A stretch of 60,813 nt of DNA, filler included, from Trichosphaerium sp. ATCC 40318 (lineage: Eukaryota; Protista; Tubulinea): the NCBI GenBank assembly GCA_038496445.1. It is 3 parts of 3 records of this genome, joined end to end, with 100 filler letters (N's around TTAATTAATTAA, not from the genome) between each part and the next. Parts side by side here need not be neighbours in the genome. Positions count along the whole stretch, not along the records: positions 24,574 to 46,899 come from JALMLS010000324.1; positions 47,000 to 60,813 come from JALMLS010000462.1; 1 more part is not named here. One strand, written 5' to 3'. How positions within the stretch are numbered: the first letter of the stretch is position 1; each line of letters opens with the position of its first letter. The notes under the pieces were generated by a model, which was not told the origin of the DNA, made no database searches, and worked only from the letters and a program-made list of their open reading frames with translations. Of the stretch, positions 37,129 through 49,625 are shown in pieces. The position numbers and the translations under genes were made by a program.

Positions 37129-39475
37129 ATGACAGCAATTGCGACACCGGCACTTAAATCATTTGAGTTTTGGATAGACCAACAACTACAAGGCGACCAG
37201 CCCGTTTTGAATATTGTACGTGTCAAAAACAAACCAAAGCATTGATTACTCGTACAAGGTTGTAGAAGGACAGAGTAGGGTAGGCTCTATTGACTATGTG
37301 CGGTCGTATCTCGACACACAGCTGAAAAAGATTTCGAGCGACTTGGCAGTTGCCATACACGACAATTTACACTTATTTAAAGATTTACACGCAGAACGAG
37401 ACAAAATAATAGAAAAAATTCACCACATTCGCCCAAAGCTCCTAGTGCTACAACAGGAGGCGAACATAGTTGAAGACGGCGTTACTGAGTGCTGGAATGA
37501 TCTATCTGATAAGCTAGCGGTGGCAGAGCGCTGTAGTCGCTCTAACGATATTTTGACGCGTTACAAAGCAATATGCAATGCTACAGAACAGCTTGAAGCA
37601 CTTTTACTCAAGCAAAGTGCTACAGACGCAACAGAAGAATGTGACACGCTGCTAGGCGCAGCCAACTTGCTCGTCACTGTGAGGAACCTGCTAGAATCTG
37701 TAAAAGAGTGGGAGGGTAGCGAAGCATTCGTGATTTTGATGAACAAGGTTAGCAAACGTCTCTGCGCACGTCAAACGCTAGTACATTATTAACGTGTCAC
37801 GTAGCGATTACAAGTCGTGCGATCGCGAATTTTAAAGAGAATGGCGCCCGTTTTTTTGGAAGGCCAGGTGGATCATGGCGATGGTCAAAAGGTACTCTTA
37901 CGGGATGCCCTGTCCGTGTACATGCTTGCGCATGGCAATCACGCACAATCAACGGATCCACACCCGCTCGTGCATGTCATACAACACCACTACATCGACT
38001 CCTTTCTTAAAGAGGTGCGTGCGAACACTTCGTCCTTTTGTAAAAAATCTATCATTAAATTTTTTGTGGCAAAAGAGATCGAAGGAACTGCGAGGAACGC
38101 GTGCTGTCGACCAATTTGTGGATCAGTTACTCAAACACGTGGACCAACAACTCGGCCGCCTCCTGGCAGTCGCAGCAGAGGCATCACACAACCGCCTGGT
38201 GGCAACAATAGTTACACTAGGCGTTTTCCAGCCTGTAGTCGAGGCGCTGCAAGAACAATCGATTAGCCGTATTGTTTTTCCAACAACAGTACCTGCCGCC
38301 ATACACGCCAATTACTCTGCGTGTATGATGTTATGTTCTGGGTTAGAAGCGCGGTTGCCTCAACAACACAAGTACTTGCTGGCTTTCAGACAAAGTGGAC
38401 ACTACACCAACTTGATGAAGCGTTGGACGATGCCATTGCGCGTGTACTTCACGATGGTGCAGAAAGAGTTGGTCGACAAGTGTCTTGCACAGCTCACTGA
38501 AACTGTTGCACCAAAACGTGCCACTGAGAACTTGTTCAACTTCAAACTGGCATCCTCCGTTCAAACAGTGACACTTCTGGACGAGATTTGGTCTCCAAAA
38601 TTATTTCTTCGACCACTTGCACACGATTTTTTAAAACTAGCTATCCAAGTCATTAAACGGTAAACCCGACTGTGCATCAGCCATGTCCATTGCTTATATT
38701 TTAATGCAGGTACAGCACATGGTGTTGTGCGGAGGAGACGGGCGCACCAGCAGATAACTTGATCGCAGATCTATCGGCACTATATAAGCACCAATCCACT
38801 ACATACGCCGATAAAGTAGGGAAACTGCTGGCAAACATCGACCCGCAGATGGAACACGGTGCGCGCAAGGTAGTGGCTGGAGTTAGTGCACCGGTGGAAG
38901 CCATTAAACGGTTGCTGGAGCGCACCAAACAAAGAGTTTTGAAAACAGCACAAAAGAGCTTGACAAAGGTTAAAATGACTGTCATGCACTACCGTATGGT
39001 ACTTACTCATCCCACCAAAGAGCTGTAGTCTAACCAAAATTTCTTAGCAAGGAAAGGCAAAGCCTGTAAAATGCATGGCGTATGTCAACGCTGCGTTTGA
39101 ACCTATACACAGGTGGACGAGGTTGTTGGCTGCTCCTGTACTTCCAGACAACACATATTGCACCAATTACTTTCACATTCCACTACTTTCTGAGCTGACA
39201 CACAGGTAAGTCGTACCTCTTCTTGGAGTGTTTTTTAACCAGGTGATAGCTACGCCATCTTGGGAACGTCCGTTGTCGAGAAGATTGCTGGCGAGAAAAC
39301 GAGGCTGGCACGCAAGACATCGTTACAGCAGACGTCACTTGAAAGCGATATCGCTTTTATGACGCTACAGTTCAAACTAGATGTCACAGCGTATATTAAA
39401 CACATTCAAACGTTGGGCGTGCCACTGCAAGATGTACAACATTTAACAAGGCTAAAGGAATTGGCCAAACTGTAA
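37129..39475 (+). CDS. COG2: Conserved oligomeric Golgi complex subunit 2 (divergent)
   Basis: FPTTVPAAIHANY...LMKRWTMPLRVYF, IWSPKLFLRPLAHDFLKLAIQVIKRY and LQFKLDV match the COG2 C-terminal domain; N-terminal coiled coil. Confidence 0.85.
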
Positions 39476-39543
39476 CAATAGAAAAACAAACCAAAAATAC
39501 AAAAAACATGTACAACTTTGTATTTCAGCATTGCAGGATATTT

Positions 39544-42192
39544 TCAAACAACATCTACATTTACACCCCAACTGTCAAAAATGTTGTGGACCAATGAAAG
39601 TGTCACTTGACCATTTCTTATTACAGCTGCCGCAATACATTTGCCATCAGCGCTAATAGCAAAAGACCTCACTGGTCCTTTAAATTTCACAGTGCCCACT
39701 GACTACAAACAAAAATGAGCCACAGCCTACTGACAACTAAACTTACATTTTCATTTGTGCGCTGCCAAACGCTTAGGTACTTTTCGTGATTTACAGCCAG
39801 TAGATCGCGCACAGACATAAGCCTGGTGTGCGTTGTGCATTTATATGGTGTAAAATTCTTGACGATGCCTTGCCCGTCCTGTAAAAAGTGATGAGTCACA
39901 CAACCACAAATTACCTCGTGTTTAACACTTACTGTACTCCATTGTATGAAAGATGAGTCTGATGAGCTGATTGTAATCAGTGTCTCGCTGTCGGGGCAAC
40001 ACACAGTCCTAATGCTGTAGAAATAAAAATGAGTTAGTAGGAGGTACACATTGTTTATTATTAGCAGGTCACAAATGAGCGCACGTTTGATAGGGATTGT
40101 CCATACTTGCCACTGGTTTAATAGTTATTACGTTACTATCACCTAATAGCTCAAAGGGGTATATGTTCATTTTCTCTGATACATCTGTTGCAAACAAAGA
40201 TTAGTTAGCCTCATCATCCTTACTAAACCAATGTCAATGTGCAATATGCGTACCGACTGAAACAAGGAATGGTACTTGGCCTCCTTGACGAAATATGGTA
40301 TCCATAGAGGCTACTGGCGCCTAAAACACATTAAATTACTATTTAAAGGTGCACAGTGGCGCTGGTGTAGTGTGTGCTCCGTGGGTCGCGTACCTTGTGC
40401 CCTTCAAACCTACAAACGCGTTTCTTGTTTTCAACATCGTACATCTATATCAAGCATGTGTCAACCAAAGACCTTATAGTTATGGATTTTATGAATATGT
40501 AGCTACCTCTATAGTATTGTCTTGATTGTAGAGGAGGCACAACATTTTTTCTGGTACCGAGACGCGGTGACCTATAGGTAAAGTCGCGAAAATGATATCT
40601 GTTAATCCTGAACCCTTTGTCACTGCTACTGACTTTGCTGTTCCTGCTGTCCAGTCAACTTTGAACAACTCCCATTGATCAATGTCTGCTGCAACTATAC
40701 ACAACATACAATAATAAGTACTACTGTACGGTACACTGTAGCTTCAAAATAAAGAGAACGAACCAAAGTATGTGCCAGTAGGATCCCATGCCAACTTGCC
40801 AACTGAAGTGCATTCTGTGTCAATTTCCATAACAAGGCGCAACTCAACTGTTGATGTGTCAAACAATCCTAATTTCTGGGTGGCATGGTTCACTACATTG
40901 AATCGAGTGTTATGCGTATGATACATGTAGGATAATACGCACTCAATACGTAATTGAATTTCTTTGTGTGAAATGATATGCACGATTCGGTTGCACGTGG
41001 AAATTGTAATAGGTTGTTACGTATATGCACTTTCCCACTCTCCAACATCTTATCGTGTGCCTATCGAATGGTTACAGAATGAAGTGCAGGTAGCATGACA
41101 TACTGTTATCGGTTTAATTTTTGCAAAGTTGTGCTTCGATCTCTTTGGCGCAGGTTGGCTACTAGAAGACGATACTTCGCGGCTACGTTTCTTCTTAGAC
41201 AATAACCCATAGTGTCCGTAGGGATTCCTCTCATCATCCTTGCCAAAATCGACAAGAAGCGTGTGAATAGTGGGCCTAGCTCCGCCAGGGGTGCCGACCT
41301 TATGTGTTTGATAATTAAAACTAAATATTTCAATCAGTCATCTCAAAAAACAACTGTGTCACGTGTTGCGTGTCTCACAGTATTTGCACATGCCTTTGAT
41401 TTATAAGCGATCGCAATCTCTCCTTTTCGGGTATCTTTGGCAGTTCTGGTGTAACAGTAAGCGGTAAATGCTCCTGTATGTGCGACACAATCTGTTTAAT
41501 GGATAAATACCACTTAAAACACAATATGAGTAACACCTACCTTATTGACGCTGTGTTCTCTCATTTGTTTAGCATTACCACGCCATACCAAGTGAGGATG
41601 CTCCCTGATTGAAAAAAAAAAATGTGAAATCGCCCACAACACATTGAGTACAAACCTGAAGTTATCCATATGCAAGAGCGACGCCATATCGAGGTATGCG
41701 ATATACGAAGGCGTTGATGTGTCACATGGCGGTGTTGCATTTAAAAAAACCGCCAATTCGCGTTTTAATACGACCTTTGCTGTGAGTTTATCTCCTCTAC
41801 GTTGGTTTAGTCACATTTCAACAAAATGTAATGCGCACTTGTCTAAAGCATCTAAAAACTTGTGACGACAAATGTCATACATTATATCGCGTTTCGGGCC
41901 ATTGAGGGGCCGGGTAAAGAACTTATTCATGTATTGGGACAATAAATCCCATGATCCATCTACAAATAGCCCTGCAAAGTATTCTTTATCGAAATAATAC
42001 TTGCTTTCAGCCTCTAAGCTGAAAAAGGCGCATGTTAAATTACACATTTCCACTAAACGCATCAACACACCTATGCATGGTTTCATTGTATCCCTTTGCT
42101 TCAAGATGCTGAAGCAATATCCTCAATAGATCTTTCTCAAGGCATTCCTTTATAAACTTGGTGCCTTTACTACTTTCAGATTGAGAGGCCAT
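39544..42192 (-). CDS. TOPLESS-related co-repressor (LisH + CTLH + CRA, WD40 repeats)
   Basis: DLLRILLQHLEAKGYNETMHR|LEAESKYYFDKEYF...GSWDLLSQYM...RHKFLDALDK...LLHMDNFREHPHL aligns with the TPL N-terminus. WD-like segments LAWDPTGTY and FAISADGK. Confidence 0.85.
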
Positions 42193-42405
42193 GCTTCTTG
42201 CTTATCATTCGTTTAGCGTATTGTTGTGGTAAACGAACGTCAAAATAGATTTCAAAGTGTCAAAAATAAACGATTTGAAAATTTTTTCTTGTATTTATGT
42301 TATGTTGGTATATTTTACTATTGTACAGTTTCAACGCCAAATCTAAGTGCTGCAACTTGCATTTGTTGTCGTGCGAAGGCAGTTGAATATCCTATCACGT
42401 GTCAA

Positions 42406-45345
42406 TCATGTCACTGGTTCATCTACCCGCCCACTAAATGATGGCGTACCTGAATTGTGCTGCTCTGTAGGTGGCAACCGGCAGCTAAATGAGCTACCTG
42501 GCCAATGAGCCACAGTCTGTGGAGCTTGGGCCCTTATGACCTCAACTACAGACTGTATACCGTCCAGACGCCAATAAGGTAAGTTTACGAGTGTAACACC
42601 AAGCGATTGACATTGGTCCGCCTTTTCCACATCCCTTGAAGCGTACACGGAGACTGGATGTGCGTTCTTGAGGACATCCATGTAATGATGTTCACCTACA
42701 GTACGCATGATCAATTAGCTTCACGTGACTACTATTTTGGTGTATAAACGTGCCTTGATACTCGATACCCAGATTATGTGCAGGCACAAACACATCAACT
42801 ACTATGGGCGCACCGTTGCTATCTAGAGTGCCTATAGAATGATCCTCTTCCACCACCAAATTTGGAAAAATTGCACGAACGTACTCAACCAGATTCCTGG
42901 TCACAAAATTAGTATTTGTCATAGCACATAGCAAAAAAAAGACCAAACAGCTTGCATGTGCAAAATAGGTACCTTTGAACTGAGCGCTTATCGCTTAATG
43001 AGAAAGAGTTCCAATGCCAATCTACATGCGGATGTAGTTGTGCCAGCACTGACGGGAAATGGTGTGCAAGTCCACCGCCTCCATGTGCTAATAGTTGGCC
43101 TAGAGATACTCTATACCTACCATGTATGCGTTAACGTTACTAACGTATTAACTTCCTAAGTACCATGCTGTCGGGTTAGAAATGCTGAGTTTGCGTTCTA
43201 GTTTCTTCAAAAACTTGGTAACGTTTTTAGTATCTACGCGAGTAAGCTACCGAAATAAAATGAGTGAATACATCACACTACCTTTCCAGTAGCCACTGAT
43301 TCGTTGCTCATTACGAGTCCTACAACAAGTCAGTGATAGCTTAGGTCAATATAGACGTTGTACTTGAGTTCACAATGACTGGCGGCTGTCAAAGGGTAAA
43401 TGGCGTCCAAGGTACGGCTGATTGATCCCCTGTACCTCTTCAAGACTGCCTTTGCATGTTGTACAAACTGTTGCTTGGAGATCAAGCGCCATGCATCCAC
43501 TGTTTTAACCTTTAAGGCTTGTGCAACACTCTCTAACTTTTGACGCTGATTGTCAACCTGGTCAAAGTACTTTATCGTCACTCTACGGCGCCTAGTCGAC
43601 AATGGCCTCAATGGTATAAGAATGGGATCTTACCAATTCTGTTGAGTACCTAAATTTATACATTTGCCAGTCGTACATGGGATACAATGCTTTTAGCATA
43701 CTGCACATTGAATTTGAATACCTCAATACAGCTGTTAATCACGTTTCTACAGCTGGTGGATCGTACCTCGACACCACCTTGTTAAGTACGCCATTGGGTA
43801 CCTTGTCTTCCAAGGTTACTTCATACCACTCCTCCAAGGTCTTAACGCCCAAATACTCGCCCACCTTAGCTATCCAGAGACCGTTATAGGCGGAGATGTG
43901 ACTCAATTGCGCTTGCCTGGACGTGTAAGTTAAATTACTAGTCAATCAAATAATGGGTAATACGCACTGCAGCTCGGTCTCACACCACAAAAAAGAAGGA
44001 TAAATAGCATCAAGAGCAGCTTTGAGGTCATGGTTGTACCTTTAATCAAGTTTTAAGATGAAGCAAACAGTAATTAACGCACTTTGCAAGTACATTACCA
44101 CCTCCATGCGTACTCACTTGCTTCTTGTCTACAGTGAGCCACATGTCCATTGTATATATATCCAATGTTTCAGCCAGTCTGTTGAAGGTATCTCTATGCG
44201 ATTGAATACTATCCCAATGACCTCTTGGAACCGTACTAATAACAACCTAGTTAGCATCCCATCTTGTTACCCATCACATACCTCACGTACCTGAAAGCCT
44301 GGCGTGCCCATGGATGCTCTGGAAAGATAGCCTCTAAGGCTGAGGCGATTGATGAGTTATATCTTGGGTGTACACGTTACTGCAAGAAACGACCAGTGAC
44401 TAGCTATATATACATACCTTTGCAACATTGAGCCTGCACCGAGGTAGCACGCTGACTGCCAATCCATGCTGTACCAGCCATCAAAAGTCATGAAGCGCTT
44501 GCGTCTTGATATCTGCTCGAGTTTATCTCTTTGATTTGATATGTGAGACCAATAGCCCTTAGCGTGACTGCATATATAACGTTAATACGGAGGATTACCA
44601 AGGCAATTTGAACGCACAAAAATTTGGTATCAAGCCATTCATACTCAGGATATAATGTGTACAGCGCCTTTTCTAAGCTATTGTCGTAATACCTGTTGTC
44701 AAACAATTATTAGGCGTGCAAATAGAAAAAATGAATGAATACCCTGCCAGCAAGCTGGATAAACCCTTCGCTCTTCGGATAATACCGACATCTAGGTCAT
44801 ACCACGAATCCAAAGTTTTAAGGTCATTGTCTTGCGCGAATGTGTCCATGACAGCCAATCGAGAACAATGCTTTGTGTAAGCATTTGGTACGTGCCTACC
44901 ATCAAATTTAGCGTGCAGTACAAAGACTTAACTTGCGCACGTGAATTGCATGCGATCCCATTTATAACGAGGATAAGCCGCTGCTAAGTAGTCACTGATA
45001 GATCCATTATGCCTACACCACGCGTAAGCATTAGTCTACGCTCTCATTAGCGTACTCTTCAATAACAGGTCGAGCAGCACTGTCCACTTCACAACCTTTT
45101 ACACGATACCAATCGTCTAGCGTTCGCACTTGGAGTGTGTATCCAACAGTATTTGCACTGTCTGCTACAGAATAGCGCGCTTTCTCTGTAATTGTAATTA
45201 CAGAGAAAATAAACCGTTCTCTCGTACCTGCGTTAAGTATTGTACGCATTTATGCGTTACTGACGCTAAAATAACAGAAACTGACGTGCGGCGTGTCACA
45301 AGCCAACAAAGACAAGTACGTCGATTCTGTGATCATGACAGCATG
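42406..45345 (-). CDS. Helical 'L.DWY' repeat protein with C-terminal RAP/Vsr-like (PD-(D/E)xK) endonuclease-fold domain
   Basis: Repeats VRTLDDWYRV, LKTLDSWYDL, VKTLEEWY and ALYTLYPEYEW; C-terminal VDVFVPAHNLGIEYQGEHHY...RDVEKADQC...LVNLPYW. Start uncertain. Confidence 0.75.
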
Positions 45346-45434
45346 TACTTGCCACAATAAACCAGCTAAACAATCAAAACGCACGAAGTTAAGTCACACA
45401 TTGCAAAAAAACAGGATCTTCAACGGCATCTAAG

Positions 45435-46899
45435 ATGAGCTTGGCAGAATCCATGTTTTATAAGCTTCCTTCCATCCACTATGCACATAACATTGGACCT
45501 GCCCAAGTACGTCACGCTGCAGCATTTCCACGGAAAGCGTGCTAACACTGTTACAGGTGTTAGCGAGGATAGAGGGTTGGCTCATTTCCTTTGCCAGCAG
45601 CTTGAAACAGTCTACATTGAATCCTGTAAAGGTGGCAATACGCACTAGCGACAACGCATTTAACTCAGGCAGGTGCACGTAGAAGGAAAGTTGCTAAGCT
45701 CGAGTAGCTGATACTGATGGCAGCATTTTCCTTGCCCGCAACAATGCAAAGTGCTCATTCAAAAGCAAGCCAAAGAAGTATGCTCGTATTTTCTCAGCTC
45801 TTGCAATGATCTACAGCCAAGTGCGAAACAACCAGAGATCATCCATCAGAGAGGTATAGATAGCGCTTACACGTACAATCTAAAACCATGACAGGCGTAC
45901 TACTGTCTAAGTGCAAAATGGTCGATGGATAACAGCTACACAAAAGTGTCTGGCATACTAGGAGGTACCTACTTATCCTTACCCGCATTGCTAAAACAAT
46001 GTAGATCTCCAAAGCATATTGAAATGTCCACGAAGTGCCATGTCCATACATCCCGCCGAACAAGGGCGCTTCATTGCTGGAACCCTACGTGTTAGTATAG
46101 CAGGTGAAAGAACATATTTAGAATGTCCACTCATATAAGTTGGTTAGGAGGAAGTTGGGTAGATTTGTCAACTGTTCCATTTGTGATCCGTACGTTCTCA
46201 ATAGATAGACACGCACACGTGTTAAAAAGCCGTGTTAGGTTCTTTTTTCCATCGCATAGCACAATTTGACGAAACTGCATACACCCTATCGCATCCCAAC
46301 ATTGATCTCGAATCTTCAGCGACAGCCATCGTTGTAGTAGAGAAGGATGCTGTTTTTGAGCATTTGGTAGCAAGCGGTTTCATAAAGAAGTATCCCAACT
46401 TTATAGTGGTAACAGGGAACGGCTACCCTGGGCTCATGGTTAGTAGACTTACTTTATTTTGAGAGCTTGCCCATAACGTATTTGGTCTATAGACTAGGCG
46501 TTTTGTTTCGATATTGCAGCAATCTTTACATCTACCATGCTATGGCGTCTTTGACTACAACCCTGGTACGCTAACCAACAAACATCCTTGTCATCGACAA
46601 ACAAGTGTTGTAGGCGGTGTAGGGGTTCTACTGAGCTACAAGCAGGGAGGATACAGTCTGGGCATGGAAAACTGTAGATACAATGTAACCATCAAGTGGC
46701 TAGGTGTCTTAGGGCATCACTTGAACAAATATAAGGTAGGCTTTGGAACAAAATATATAGTTTGTAATCACGTGACTAGGTACCTCACACCGAATACAAA
46801 CCAATGACAGAGGGTGATACACGTTGTATTGCCAACATAAGCAATCGAGGGTGGTGTCAATCAGCTGACGAACAAATATGTGCAATGGTACTTGATGTT
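45435..46899 (+). CDS. SPO11: Meiotic topoisomerase VI A-like SPO11 (SPO11-2 type), truncated by contig end
   Basis: VLARIE, catalytic REAYY, VVEKDAVFEHL, TGNGYPG, GVFDYNPGG and SYKQGGYSLGMENCRYNVTIKWLG (SPO11-2-like DxNP / GLE..RY). Confidence 0.93.
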
Positions 46900-46999
46900 N
46901 NNNNNNNNNNNNNNNNNNNNNNNNNNNNNNNNNNNNNNNNNNNTTAATTAATTAANNNNNNNNNNNNNNNNNNNNNNNNNNNNNNNNNNNNNNNNNNNN
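46900..46999. other. Artificial contig spacer
   Basis: N run with TTAATTAATTAA at 46944-46955. Confidence 0.98.
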
Positions 47000-47645
47000 T
47001 ATGAAGAGTAAGCTTGCTAAGAGAAGAGAGCTACATTGCATATGTATAAAAAATGCAATAAGCGAAAGCGAGCTTCTGCAGCGTAAAAGAAAGCAAGATG
47101 ATGAAACGAAAAAAAAAAAAAATCAAGAAAAGTTTAGAAACGCGAGAAAGGAAGGAAGTTCGACTTGTATGTATAGCTTACTCTCGTAAGAACGATTTTT
47201 AATGTACATAGAATTGTAAATAAGAATGAAAAATAAACCTGTTATAAATAACCACTATAAACATTGCTAGGTAGTAGAGACGAGCAAAACAATTTTGAAA
47301 GTTTTGTCCACGTTTTTGTACCAAAAAGGAAAATTAAAATAAAACTTTGTACTCATCTTACTGCATGTACTGATTCGATCGCATGATACTTCATAAACAT
47401 GTATTCTATGTGCTTTAGCAAGTACTACGCAATATTGTAGTATTACTGACCTTGTTACAATGCTCCGTCACATTCTCCACCATTTTTTTTCATTAATTCC
47501 TTTAGTCCTGGACATACGCTTGCGAAACCGTTTACCCAATGAATCCTTGGTTTATTCCACTATTAGTTACATGGCGTAGGATATCACTGGTAAGTTTCAC
47601 TGTGATTGTTAGTTGTCAACAGCTCCGTAATGGTCTAATTTGAGC

Positions 47646-47991
47646 TAACGCCCTTCCGTTATGAATACAAGCAATATTCATATTCATTGTCCCGTAAGCC
47701 ATATTCATTAATATTCATTCATGAATATTCATGGGCGTTTGGTGTGTCAGGATGTTGAGGAGCTTTTGGTTTGTAGCCTAGCGATGTTCCAAATGGATAG
47801 ATTCAACAAGTTGCATTTGAAAACCGAATCGGAATAGTCACCAGAACAGTAAAACCCACAAATCCAGTTGCGCAATTTTCGACCGTTTACTGTGTGCATG
47901 AATAATGAATGAATTTTTTTAGTCGTGAGTATTTGTGAATGTAGGCTGTATTTGAATATTCAAATTATTCATTCATAACGGAAGGGCGTTA
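47646..47991. mobile_element. 346-bp MITE, hAT-type (21-bp perfect TIR, 8-bp TSD)
   Basis: TIR TAACGCCCTTCCGTTATGAAT; TSD ATTTGAGC / ATTTAAGC; subterminal AATATTCA repeats; the terminus fits the hAT YARNG consensus. Confidence 0.88.
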
Positions 47992-48325
47992 ATTTAAGCT
48001 TAAGTAAACCGGTTATGGCAATTCGTAACCGGTTCGGTTTTGGCTATGGTGTAAATGAAAGTTATTGGCTTCATTGTAAGCCACTGGGGACGCTTTTTTT
48101 TCATCCTGACTATTGTACTTTAAAAAACAAAGTTCTGCAAGTTGAGTGAAAGTGAAACAAAATATTTTATTGAGTATACTTTTGCTACAGTTTGCGCTTG
48201 TCCACCGCTGTCAGCACCATATTACACTGAATCATATTAGTTAACAAGTCGAAGTTAAGTGGCTTTCAGTACCACGGTTAACCGTTTTTGTTACCGAAAA
48301 AGTAAGACCCTCTGGTAAAAATGTC

Positions 48326-49087
48326 TCATCTTTTAACATGTCCTTTAACAAAAAAACATCTACTCCTTATTTGACCATCTTCGTACCAACATATTTCCTC
48401 TCCATCTTTTTGTGCAAAGTAATTTTCTTTAGTCATGACATAAGTGCATTGTCTCTTTAATTGTCCATTCCTAAACCATGTCTTTTCTACTCCACTCTTT
48501 TTGTTTTTAACGTAACAACACTTGCTAGACATTTGACCATTATCATGCCAATATATTACATCACCTTCTTGTTCTTCTGTACACTTGTCGCTATAACAAA
48601 TACTACTTCTTAAGACACCACTCACATACCAACTTTTCTCTTCTCCAACTTTTATATCATTTGAGTAAAAACACGTGGATTCTATCCTTCCATTAATGAA
48701 CCAACATTTCGCTTCTCCATTTTTCTTGTTATTGACATAATAACATTCCATGGCTATTTGATTCTTACTCTCTGCAGTCCACACTTTTTCTTCTCCTTCA
48801 ATGAAAGAAGGTTGAACAACTAATTGATATCCATAGTATTTCCTCCATTTACCATGTTTCTCAAACACGCTGTTGAATCTTGTAGTAAGAGCGGTGTGTT
48901 TGGATAAAACAGGCCATTTTATGAATACTTCTGCATCTAAATCGATGATATCGAGCTGTAGCTCCAAAGGGAGCTTTAATAGAGCGTATTCATTCTTCTC
49001 TGAGGTATTAATCTATGTGGTTGTCACAGGTTAGTTTTCATGTGGTTTTATAGGCTTTACGCGAACTACCTTTCGTTTTGACGCCAT
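48326..49087 (-). CDS. F-box-like + MORN_2 repeat protein, paralogue of 2845-3549
   Basis: Exon 1 MASKRK, intron 49069-49013 (GT..ACTAAC..AG), then INTSEKNEYALLKLPLELQLDIIDLDAEVFIKWPVLSK and W[FY]xxGQ repeats. Confidence 0.85.
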
Positions 49088-49625
49088 TGCAGTCTTTGAG
49101 CCAAAAATACTGTAACGTGATATTGGACAGTCAAACGGATTCTACAACAACGTGATTGTGTACATAAGCTACTGTAGGAGCATTTGTGTCCTAGCGTAGT
49201 TCAACAAGCATGACCACAATACCAAGAATGTGTCCACTAAACAATGCTCTAATAAGATAACCCAGGCGATATGGGTGCTACTTGTTCTTATGTGTCAAGT
49301 GTGACCCAGTTGTTAAATGCTATGATTGTGACAAGCTACATAAACAACAACACTTATGGCGATAAATGTAATAGCTTGAAACGCTAGTATTGTAACAAGA
49401 CCTTATTAAGTGCCTTGTGTAGTACTGGTTGTGGACACTGGGAAATCTGTACACCGTGCCTTAAAAAGTTGTATCCGTGTTTTTAAAACTGGCTTGTGCG
49501 ATTACCACACAGACGGCGAATAAAACTAAAACAGTAAATAACTCATTTTGGCATGAATAGATTGTTTTGTTACCCATCATTGACAATTTGTGATTTGGGA
49601 AAAGGTATATATTATTTATTACCAT

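Noticed and set aside
47000-47600. Partial gene at start of contig 3
   Set aside because: Short frames with stops and no recognisable motif.
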